Assembly (NCBI GenBank): GCA_036407095.1
Contig: DASWZV010000163.1
Coordinates: 57,105-121,104 of the forward strand
Direction of reading: 5' to 3'
Source: Vicinamibacterales bacterium
Lineage (GTDB): Bacteria > Acidobacteriota > Vicinamibacteria > Vicinamibacterales > UBA2999
DNA: 64,000 bases
This document shows, piece by piece, positions 1 to 7,534 of this stretch (the stretch's first letter is position 1; each line of letters opens with the position of its first letter). Under the pieces are notes generated by a model. That model searched no databases, was not told where the DNA came from, and saw only the letters and a list, made by a program, of their open reading frames with translations. The translations under genes and the position numbers were made by a program.

Positions 1-347
1 CGGCATTTCCAGCAGCCTCTTTTGTGCGTGCCAGTTTCAAGTCCGAGGACTGGACGCACCACGTCGAAGGTCGGTTCGACTGTGTGGTCTCCATGCAAGC
101 CATTCACGAACTGCGGCACAAGCGGTACGCACCACGCTTGTACGAGCAGGTCTACCAGGTCCTCGCCGTTTCCGGATTCTTCCTGGTCTGCGACCACACG
201 CCGTTCGATGACTCGCCAAGAAGCATCTCGCTTTACATGACAGAACGGGAGCAGCTGCAAGCGCTGGCGGATGCCCGATTCGCCAACGTTCGCGTGGAGC
301 TCGTAGTGAATGGTTTGACGCTCTACGCGGGCGAGCGGGCTGCCTGA
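1..347 (+). CDS. class I SAM-dependent methyltransferase, C-terminal fragment (5' end outside window)
   Basis: The frame of ORF 24..347 stays open to position 1. FDCVVSMQAIHELRH...VSGFFLVCDH resembles the distal part of Methyltransf_11/25-type folds. Confidence 0.5.
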   Translation, partial: AFPAASFVRASFKSEDWTHHVEGRFDCVVSMQAIHELRHKRYAPRLYEQVYQVLAVSGFFLVCDHTPFDDSPRSISLYMTEREQLQALADARFANVRVELVVNGLTLYAGERAA

Positions 348-445
348 CCGTCGGTTCTGCAAGGCAGGGCGCGGGCCGCCTTTGACTCGTTATTTCGTGG
401 TTCTGACGGAATGATGCGGAAGCCTCCACCTGCGGGGTAACTCGT

Positions 446-967
446 TCATCGACCAGTCAGTTTGCGTAGCGCAGGGTGCACACGCGGCGTCGTGTGTGAC
501 TGCTGCCTCATCTTCTGCTGGAGTTGGATGATCCCGTAGATCAGCGATTCCGGCCGAGGCGGACACCCGGGCACGTACACATCCACCGGCACCACCTCAC
601 TGACGCCCTGGACAACAGCGTAGTTGTCGAAGACGCCACCGCTCGAGGCGCACGCTCCCATCGAGATCACCCATTTCGGATCGGGCATCTGGTCGTAGAT
701 GCGCCTGAGCGCGGGCGCCATCTTCCGCGACAGCCGGCCGGAGACGATCATCAAATCGGACTGCCGTGGCGAGCCCCTGAACACCTCGGCACCGAAGCGT
801 GCAATGTCATACCGCGCCGTGGCCATCGTGATCATCTCGATTGCGCAGCACGCCAGGCCAAACTGGACCGGCCAGATTGACGAGCGCTGCGCCCAGTCGG
901 CCACGTTCTCGACGGTCGTCGTCAATACGTCGAGTTCACCATGCTGGTACGCCTGAGCGGTTGCCAT
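446..967 (-). CDS. nuoB: NuoB-like Fe-S protein (NADH-quinone oxidoreductase subunit B / hydrogenase small-subunit-like), 173 aa
   Basis: Uses the internal ATG at 967 of ORF 446..1567. [20 protein letters not shown] and VPGCPPRPE supply the four N2-cluster cysteines. The upstream 200 aa of the ORF are Arg/Ala-rich junk overlapping the response regulator. Confidence 0.85.
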   Translation of the reverse strand: MATAQAYQHGELDVLTTTVENVADWAQRSSIWPVQFGLACCAIEMITMATARYDIARFGAEVFRGSPRQSDLMIVSGRLSRKMAPALRRIYDQMPDPKWVISMGACASSGGVFDNYAVVQGVSEVVPVDVYVPGCPPRPESLIYGIIQLQQKMRQQSHTTPRVHPALRKLTGR

Positions 968-1047
968 CTCCGCTACAACAAGCTGCAAAGCAACGGCCAC
1001 GTGAAGGGTGCACGAGAAATCGAACTCGTTGCGGATCCAGCGGGGAC

Positions 1048-1686
1048 TTAGACGATCAGCCCCTTGCGCACCGCGTAGAGCACGATCTCGGCTGAACTGT
1101 GCAGATTCAGCTTCTGCATCAGATTCGCCCGATGGGTCTCCACCGTCGACAGACCGAGGTCGAGCAGCGTGGCGACCTCCTTGTTCGATCGTCCTTCCGC
1201 GAGCAGCTGGAGGACCTCCTTCTCGCGATCGGTCAGCAGATGATAGGAATCGGTCAACCCGCGCTGTTCCAGGCGACGGACGTAATCCTCGACCAGCACG
1301 GCCGTGACCGCGGGACTGAAGAACGGCTTTCCTGACGCCACTGCCCGGACGGCCGGGATCAGATCTTCGTCGGTCGCGCTCTTGAGCAGATACGCCCGGG
1401 CACCGGCGGCAAGCGCCCGCATGATGTACGACTCGTCGCCGTGCACGCTGAGAATGATGACGCCCGGCGGCGGTTCGAGCTTCTGCGCGCGCGCCGCGAC
1501 CTCGATCCCACTCAGCTTCGGCATCCCGATATCGAGGATCAGCGTGTCGGGGTGATGCTCCTCGCACAGACGGATGGCCTCGAGCCCGTCGGCCGCTTCA
1601 GCGACGACCGTCAGGCCCCCGGCTTCGAGCAGGCCGCGGAGGCCCCGTCGGACAATGCTGTGGTCGTCAGCCAGCAGCACGCGCAA
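1048..1686 (-). CDS. NarL/FixJ-family response regulator (REC + LuxR-type HTH)
   Basis: Receiver motifs RVLLADDH and [12 protein letters not shown]-terminal [25 protein letters not shown]...[13 protein letters not shown]. Start placed at in-frame TTG 1686 (GTG 1680 also possible), overlapping the kinase stop at 1667. The ORF-track start 1755 adds a non-REC leader. Confidence 0.85.
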   Translation of the reverse strand: MRVLLADDHSIVRRGLRGLLEAGGLTVVAEAADGLEAIRLCEEHHPDTLILDIGMPKLSGIEVAARAQKLEPPPGVIILSVHGDESYIMRALAAGARAYLLKSATDEDLIPAVRAVASGKPFFSPAVTAVLVEDYVRRLEQRGLTDSYHLLTDREKEVLQLLAEGRSNKEVATLLDLGLSTVETHRANLMQKLNLHSSAEIVLYAVRKGLIV

Positions 1687-2986
1687 GGGCTGTCTCCGCC
1701 GCGGGAAGCGGCATGCTAACCAGGACCGTCGTGCCCTCCCTCTGAGAACTCGCAATCGTCATCGTGCCGTGGAGTTCCCGCACGCGCTCGTCGATGCCGC
1801 GCAGGCCGAGGCCCTGACGATCCCGGGTCTGATCGAGGCCGCGGCCGTTGTCGCGCACGCACACCTGGAGCTCCTGGCCATCCGTGTTCACCTCGACATG
1901 AATGTTGGTGGCATTCGCGTGGCGCACGCAGTTGGTCATCGCCTCCTGGACGATGCGATAGACGCACGTGCGGTGCTTGTCGGGCAGGGCGTCGAAGTCG
2001 CCGTTCATCCGGAGATCGACGTTGATCGCGTAGCGTTTCATGCATTCGCGCGCGTGCCATTCGAGCGCGGCCTGCAGTCCGAAGTCATCGAGCATGCTGG
2101 GACGCAGACCGAGAGCGAGGCTGCGTACGGTCTGGAACATGTCGTCCACGAGCCGCTTGCACTCGGCCACGACCGGGCGGACGGCGGGACTCGTCCGTTC
2201 GATTCGACCGAGCTCCATCCGCAGGCCTGTCAGCACCTGCGCGACATGATCGTGCAGTTCGCGTGAGAGATTCTTGCGCTCCTCTTCCTGCGCGCTCACG
2301 AGCCGCTGTGAGAGCTCGCGCATCTGCTGCTCGGTTTCTTCCGATCGCCCCTCGAGCACGCGAAGACGAAAGACCACCACGATCGCGACGCCGAGGCCGA
2401 GCAGCACGGTCTGGATCTGGAGGCGATGAAGATCCGTGCGGAACGCGTCGTGCCGGCGGGCCACTTCGTCCCGCTGGACCGAGACGTTCGCGTTGTTCAA
2501 CTCTTCGATCTCCTGTGCCAGCGCCAACGCGGCTTCGCGACGAGGGACCACCTCGCGTCGCAGGAAACCCGCACTCTTGAGGATCTTCTCTGCGGGTGTC
2601 CAGTCGAACAACGGATCGAATGTCGACCAGTAGTCGTCCAGCTTGACCTCCAGCCGTGCGATGCGATCGTCGGGCTTCACCAGCGTCCTCAATGCGGACA
2701 CCGTCGCAAGGCTGGTGCGGCGGAACTCGGCGATCCGTTCGCGGTACTCGGGATCCCGTTCGCGCGCGACGTCGAGCAGGTAGTCGCGGACGAAGATGCC
2801 CGAGAGATTCACATCGGCGCGGAGACGCTGGAGATTCGCCTCGACCCGGCGATGATGCGCGTTCAGTTCGTCGAGCTGTGCGTAGATCGCTTCCGCCTTG
2901 TTCGACGATGCCAGCATCGACACGGCTATCAGCACGACGAGGCTCCCGAGCCCGATGGCCGCCACGAGCCATGTTTTCAAGCGCAT
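1667..2986 (-). CDS. sensor histidine kinase, HisKA_3 type (NarX/DesK-like) with two-TM helical sensor
   Basis: N-terminal TM and a second TM near aa 190-210. H-box LSRELHDHVAQVL. HATPase_c boxes VQEAMTNCVRHANA, DNGRGL and GLGLRGIDERV. GGAGG RBS before ATG 2986. Confidence 0.85.
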   Translation of the reverse strand: MRLKTWLVAAIGLGSLVVLIAVSMLASSNKAEAIYAQLDELNAHHRRVEANLQRLRADVNLSGIFVRDYLLDVARERDPEYRERIAEFRRTSLATVSALRTLVKPDDRIARLEVKLDDYWSTFDPLFDWTPAEKILKSAGFLRREVVPRREAALALAQEIEELNNANVSVQRDEVARRHDAFRTDLHRLQIQTVLLGLGVAIVVVFRLRVLEGRSEETEQQMRELSQRLVSAQEEERKNLSRELHDHVAQVLTGLRMELGRIERTSPAVRPVVAECKRLVDDMFQTVRSLALGLRPSMLDDFGLQAALEWHARECMKRYAINVDLRMNGDFDALPDKHRTCVYRIVQEAMTNCVRHANATNIHVEVNTDGQELQVCVRDNGRGLDQTRDRQGLGLRGIDERVRELHGTMTIASSQREGTTVLVSMPLPAAETALARAAG

Positions 2987-3198
2987 GTATCCTCCCCGAG
3001 CCCTTCCTTGTCAGGCTACGACAGGCCGGTCGCGGACAACATCCGGTAAAGGGGGGAGACCCGCGCTCGGCGGCCGCTGGAATCGTTGAGCTCTCAGTCC
3101 CCCGCGAAAGTGACGGCTCTCCTCCCCCAACCCGATGGCGGTCCCTCAGGCCCCGGTATCTACTGCGATCAGTACCGACGCACATCATCGGAGGGCAC

Positions 3199-4776
3199 AT
3201 GCCTCGTCAGACCGATCGCCTCGACACCCTCGTCCCGACGCCCGATCGCAGGCTCATACCCGGCTCAGCGCACCAGTGGGACAGGGTCATCGTGCTCGCG
3301 AATCGCGCACCAGTACGGCACGAACACTCAGCGGATGGCGCGATCACGATGACGCGCTCGGCAAGCGGCGTCACGACAGCACTCGAGCCGATCGTCGACG
3401 CGTGTCGAGGAACCTGGATCGCCCATGCCAATGGCGACGCCGACATGACAGCCGCGCAGCAAAGCGACGGCCTGGCGGTGACGCCGCCCGACCAGCGGTA
3501 TCGACTGCGATACGTCAGACTCTCCGACGAGCAGTACGAGGGGTACTACTACGGCTTCGCCAATCAGGGCCTGTGGCCACTCAGCCACGCGGTTCCGGTG
3601 AAGCCGGTATTCCGTCCCGGCGACTACGCGATGTATCGGAAAGCCAATCGTGAGTTCTCGTCTGCCGTTGTCGAAGAGGCCGCCGCAGGATCGGCCCTCG
3701 TGCTCGTGCAGGATTACCACTTCGCGCTCGCGCCCAGGATCCTCCGACGTCGTCTTTTTGGAGGGAGCACCATCGTCTCGTTCTGGCATATCCCGTGGCC
3801 CGACTCACGCGGATTCAGCACGTGCCCGTGGGCAGCGAATCTGCTCGATGGGCTCCTCGCCAGCGACATCCTTGGATTTCAGACACAGGGCGATCGCGAC
3901 AACTTTCTCGACGCCGCCAGCACCATGCTCGACGCCGACGTCCTCTGCGCGAACGACGTCGTCATCTACCGTGATCACCCGACCTGCGTGCGCGTCTACC
4001 CCGTCGGCGTCGAGTGGAACAACCCGATCGTTCGTTCCACGCCCCCGGCGGAATCGTGTCGCGCCGAGATCGCTCGAATGCATCAACTGCCCGGCAACGT
4101 CATGCTGGGTGTCGGGATCGATCGCCTCGACTACACCAAGGGCATCAATGAAAAGTTCCTGGCGATCGAGCGCCTGCTCGCGCGCGACCCCGACATCCGC
4201 GAGCGCTTTGCGTTCATTCAGGTCGCCGAACCGAGCCGGGAACGTCTGCCTGAATACCGCGCCACGCGCGCCCAGATCGAAGAGACCGCACGGCGCATCA
4301 ACGTCCGGTTCGGCGTCAGGGATCACCAGCCGATCCGGCTGCTGGCCACGCATCACGAGCCGGCCGACGTGTACCGCTTGTACCGCGCCGCCGACTTCTG
4401 TCATGTGGGAAGCCTCGATGATGGAATGAACCTCGTCGCCAAAGAGTTCGTGTGTGCGCGGACCGACGAGCGCGGCGTGCTCGTCCTGAGTCAGCACGCG
4501 GGTGCGGCGCGGCAGCTCCGCGCCGCCGTGCTGATCGATCCCTATGCGATCGATGCGGCAGCGGAGGCGCTCGCGAGCGCGCTCGAGATGCCGCCCTCCG
4601 AGCAGGAGCATCGGATGCGGCTCCTGCGGGCGAACGTCGCCAGCTTCGATGCGCACTGGTGGGGCCGGCAGCTGCTCGAAGACGCACGCCGGGTGCGGGG
4701 GTTGGGTGGCGAGTGCGGCGACGCCGAGCACACTCGTCCCGCAGTGTCAGATGACCACTTCAAGGCCGCCAGTTAG
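3199..4776 (+). CDS. otsA: alpha,alpha-trehalose-phosphate synthase (GT20)
   Basis: Uses the internal ATG at 3199 (GGAGGG RBS) of ORF 2656..4776. Motifs VLANRAPV, GFANQGLWPLSH, VQDYHF and FWHIPWP are typical of OtsA. No otsB is adjacent. Confidence 0.85.
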   Translation: MPRQTDRLDTLVPTPDRRLIPGSAHQWDRVIVLANRAPVRHEHSADGAITMTRSASGVTTALEPIVDACRGTWIAHANGDADMTAAQQSDGLAVTPPDQRYRLRYVRLSDEQYEGYYYGFANQGLWPLSHAVPVKPVFRPGDYAMYRKANREFSSAVVEEAAAGSALVLVQDYHFALAPRILRRRLFGGSTIVSFWHIPWPDSRGFSTCPWAANLLDGLLASDILGFQTQGDRDNFLDAASTMLDADVLCANDVVIYRDHPTCVRVYPVGVEWNNPIVRSTPPAESCRAEIARMHQLPGNVMLGVGIDRLDYTKGINEKFLAIERLLARDPDIRERFAFIQVAEPSRERLPEYRATRAQIEETARRINVRFGVRDHQPIRLLATHHEPADVYRLYRAADFCHVGSLDDGMNLVAKEFVCARTDERGVLVLSQHAGAARQLRAAVLIDPYAIDAAAEALASALEMPPSEQEHRMRLLRANVASFDAHWWGRQLLEDARRVRGLGGECGDAEHTRPAVSDDHFKAAS

Positions 4777-4806
4777 TTCAATGATGAAGCGGCAGATCCC
4801 CCAGAC

Positions 4807-5110
4807 GGCCACGACGATCACGAAGGTGAGGAGCCTGCCTCCGCTCCTCCACCTTTGTGATCTTTGTGGCTGACTGCTCCGTGTGACCCGGACGGCCACG
4901 AAGATCAGGAAGGAGACACGGAGGTTTTGGGCCACGAAGATCACGAAGGTGAGCCACGGAGCTTTCTCTGTTTCTCCAGCTTCGTGATCTCCGTGGCTGA
5001 TTTCTCCGTGCCTGCTCAGAAATCTGCCTCAGGCTTGACGGCGAAAACAGAGACTGCGGAGGAAACGGAGAAAAGCATCAACACGGAGACAACGGGGAAA
5101 ACGGAGAAGA
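4807..5110. repeat. cluster of CCACGGAG/CTCCGTGG and GATCACGAAG/CTTTGTGATC motif repeats forming nested hairpins (family 1, locus A)
   Basis: For example, 4808-4828 pairs with 4850-4870 as a 21-bp stem with 2 G-T wobble positions. CTCCGT-type motifs at 4980-5010 face ACGGAG-type motifs at 5050-5106. ORFs across it translate to HEDHEG/TETAEETEK repeats. Confidence 0.8.
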
Positions 5111-5296
5111 TCGTTCTGTCCACAATCCCCCGTTCCTCACGGCAACGAAGGCAGCGTCGAAATGGCTCCCCAGTTTTCACTGTGCGGGTCGGGCCCCGCT
5201 CATGAGCACTCCGCGTTGTTGGTGGCTTGAAACGACGACGGAACGCGTTAAACTCCCCCAAACCGCCACCAAGGCGTGCCTACCCAGGGGGACTTC

Positions 5297-5815
5297 ATGC
5301 GACGGCATCACGCCGCTCTGATCACGTTTCTCATGGCGCTTGCCCTGAGCGCAGTCGAAAGGCCCGTGCTCCTCACGGCGCAAGGGAACCTCGGCACCTA
5401 CGAAGATCGCATCGCGATCGAGGACGTGATGGCGCGTTACGTGTGGGCGGTCGACTCGCTCGATGCCGACGGCTACGTCGCGGTGTTCACCGACGATGCC
5501 GTCATCGATTCGAACGGCAGCATCAGCAGAGGGCATGACGAGATTCGCAAGATCGTCACGGGCCTCATCCAACGGCGCGACGACAACAAAGCGAAGGGTC
5601 TGCCGACGTCGAATCTGTATCACATGGTCAGCAACGTGCGCATCACGTTCCCGAAGCCGGGCGAGGCCTTGCATCAGTCGTACTGGCAGACCGTGCGTCG
5701 CGGCAAAGACGGCTCGATGATCGCGGCCGCGATGGGGCGCTCCGAAGACCGACTCGTCAAGCGCAATGGCAAGTGGTTGATTCAGTCGCGCACGCTGACT
5801 GTTTTCACCGATTGA
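5297..5815 (+). CDS. SnoaL-like / NTF2-fold protein with signal peptide
   Basis: ATG 5297 is preceded by a GGGGGA RBS. Hydrophobic leader ALITFLMALALSA. IEDVMARYVWAVDSLDADGYVAVFTDDAV is typical of SnoaL_4/NTF2-like proteins. Confidence 0.65.
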   Translation: MRRHHAALITFLMALALSAVERPVLLTAQGNLGTYEDRIAIEDVMARYVWAVDSLDADGYVAVFTDDAVIDSNGSISRGHDEIRKIVTGLIQRRDDNKAKGLPTSNLYHMVSNVRITFPKPGEALHQSYWQTVRRGKDGSMIAAAMGRSEDRLVKRNGKWLIQSRTLTVFTD

Positions 5816-5831
5816 TCTTCGAGGTGCGTTC

Positions 5832-6656
5832 ATGCCGTCGACATCGGTGCGCGTGGGGAACCTTGACTTTCACGTCGTTCAGGAAGGAAGCGGCGAACCC
5901 GTCCTGTTCCTGCACGGCTTCCCCGATTCCTCGCGTCTCTGGCGACACCAGATTCCGGCGTTCCTGAAGGCGGGATTCCAAGTCGTCGCTCCGGATCTCA
6001 GAGGCTTTGGCGATTCCGACAAGCCGTCAGAGACGGACGCGTACGCGATGCCTGCACTCGTGGGTGATGTTGTCGGCATTCTCGACCAGCTCGAGATCAG
6101 TCGTGCGCACGTTGTCGGACACGACTGGGGAGCGGGAGTCGCATGGGTGCTGGCTGCCATGCAGCCGCAGCGGGTCAATCGTCTGGTCGTCCTGTCGGTC
6201 GGTCACCCCGCGACGTTTTTCAAGGCGGGTCTCAGTCAGCGTGAGAAGTCCTGGTACATGCTGCTGTTCCAGTTTCGTTTCGCCGAAGACCTTCTGACAC
6301 GAGACAATTGGGCCTTTTTCCGGGACTTGGTACGCCACCACCCGGAATGCGATCGGTGGATTGAGGATCTGAGCAGGCCGGGAGCTCTCGCCGCCGCGCT
6401 CAACTGGTATCGAGCGAACGTCGTACCAGAGAACGCCGTCGCCGAGCGATGGGTGTTACCCAGTGTCGCTGCTCCCACGCTGGGAATCTGGAGCAGCGGC
6501 GACGCGTACCTGACCGAGACGCAGATGCTGTTGTCCCACCAGTGTGTGTCGAGCTCGTGGACCTACGAACGGATTGAGGGTGCCAGCCACTGGATGCAGC
6601 TCGATCAGCCAGAGCGCGTCAACGACTTGATTCTTCGTTTCCTCGAGTCTTCGTGA
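5832..6656 (+). CDS. alpha/beta hydrolase, epoxide-hydrolase/haloalkane-dehalogenase-like
   Basis: LFLHGFPDS oxyanion region, nucleophile elbow VVGHDWGA, 274 aa. Confidence 0.8.
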   Translation: MPSTSVRVGNLDFHVVQEGSGEPVLFLHGFPDSSRLWRHQIPAFLKAGFQVVAPDLRGFGDSDKPSETDAYAMPALVGDVVGILDQLEISRAHVVGHDWGAGVAWVLAAMQPQRVNRLVVLSVGHPATFFKAGLSQREKSWYMLLFQFRFAEDLLTRDNWAFFRDLVRHHPECDRWIEDLSRPGALAAALNWYRANVVPENAVAERWVLPSVAAPTLGIWSSGDAYLTETQMLLSHQCVSSSWTYERIEGASHWMQLDQPERVNDLILRFLESS

Positions 6657-6668
6657 CATCCGGTATCA

Positions 6669-7247
6669 ATGCCTCGCGTGATCGTCACCGGTGGCCCGGG
6701 CGCGGGCAAGACGACGCTCCTCGCCGAGCTCGCGGCGATGGGCTACACGACCGTCGAAGAATCCGCTCGCGCGATCATTGCCGAGCGGCTCGCGCGCGGT
6801 GAGAGTCCTCGACCCGACCTCCCCACGTTCGCCCGAGAGATCCTGCGTCGCGACATCGCGAAGTACGTCGATCAGCCACACACGTCCAACTGGGTCTTCT
6901 TCGATCGCGGCGTCGTCGACGCGCTCGGTCTACTGCAGGAGGTCTCACCGCTCCCCGCACACGAACTGGAAGGGATGCTCTCCACCTACAAGTTTCATCC
7001 GTTCGTGTTCATCCTGCCGCCGTGGGAAGCCATTTATGCGAACGACGCAGAGCGCGATCACTCGTTTACCGAAGCTGTCATCGTCCACAACAAGCTCGTA
7101 CGGTGGTATCGCTCGTGTGGCTACGCGTTCTGCGACGTCCCTTGCCTTCCTGTCGCGCAGCGAGCAGAGCACGTCCTACAAGTGCTTGCCGAAGGCGACA
7201 GCGGCGCACACGCAGCGACCCCACCGCGTAGCGGCCCCGCCGCGTAG
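6669..7247 (+). CDS. P-loop ATPase (AAA_28 / NadR-kinase-like)
   Basis: Walker A VTGGPGAGKTT. The last ~10 codons and the stop lie inside the 16-bp tandem repeat. Confidence 0.6.
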   Translation: MPRVIVTGGPGAGKTTLLAELAAMGYTTVEESARAIIAERLARGESPRPDLPTFAREILRRDIAKYVDQPHTSNWVFFDRGVVDALGLLQEVSPLPAHELEGMLSTYKFHPFVFILPPWEAIYANDAERDHSFTEAVIVHNKLVRWYRSCGYAFCDVPCLPVAQRAEHVLQVLAEGDSGAHAATPPRSGPAA

Positions 7248-7343
7248 CGGCCCCACCGCGTAGCGGCCCCGCTGCGTAGCGGCCCCGCTGCGTAGCGGCC
7301 CCACCGCGAAGCGGCCCCTTAGCGAAGCGGCCCCTTAGCGAAG
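7221..7343. repeat. 16-bp tandem repeat, about 7.7 copies (CCRCYGCGWAGCGGCC)
   Basis: Units start at 7221, 7237, 7253, 7269, 7285, 7301, 7317 and 7333. They are followed by three CCCTAG-containing decamers up to ~7370. Confidence 0.9.
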
Positions 7344-7534
7344 ATCCCTAGGCCTCAGCCCTAGCCAGCCCTAGACCTGAGCCGTGGGCCCTACATTTTC
7401 TGCGCCCTTTCACCACGAAATGACATATCTGTTGGGACGATCTGCCAATTCCTCGTGCCAATCCGCGCGTTTCGTGTGACGAACGGCGTATACTCATCCG
7501 CGTTCTCGCGGGGCCACTCAACAAGGAGCGTGCA

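Noticed and set aside
968-1567. 200-aa N-terminal extension of the NuoB-like ORF
   Set aside because: It overlaps the response-regulator gene in another frame and is Arg/Ala/Gly-rich. NuoB homology begins at the internal Met (967).
2656-3198. 181-aa extension upstream of otsA in ORF 2656..4776
   Set aside because: It overlaps the histidine kinase on the other strand and has Arg/Ser/Pro-rich junk composition. A good RBS and the onset of OtsA homology are at 3199.
4864-5261. ORFs 4864..5205 and 5016..5261 (and 62020..62580, 60858..61245) encoding HEDHEG, TETAEETEK or IAPTIV-type repeats
   Set aside because: They are translations of the DNA repeat families. The periodicity is set by non-triplet DNA units, there is no RBS, and equivalent ORFs occur on both strands.
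7441-7534. Possible sigma-70 promoter (TATACT at 7489-7494) upstream of the TonB-dependent receptor
   Set aside because: No acceptable -35 lies at 16-18 bp, and promoter consensus for this phylum is uncertain, so I did not annotate it.
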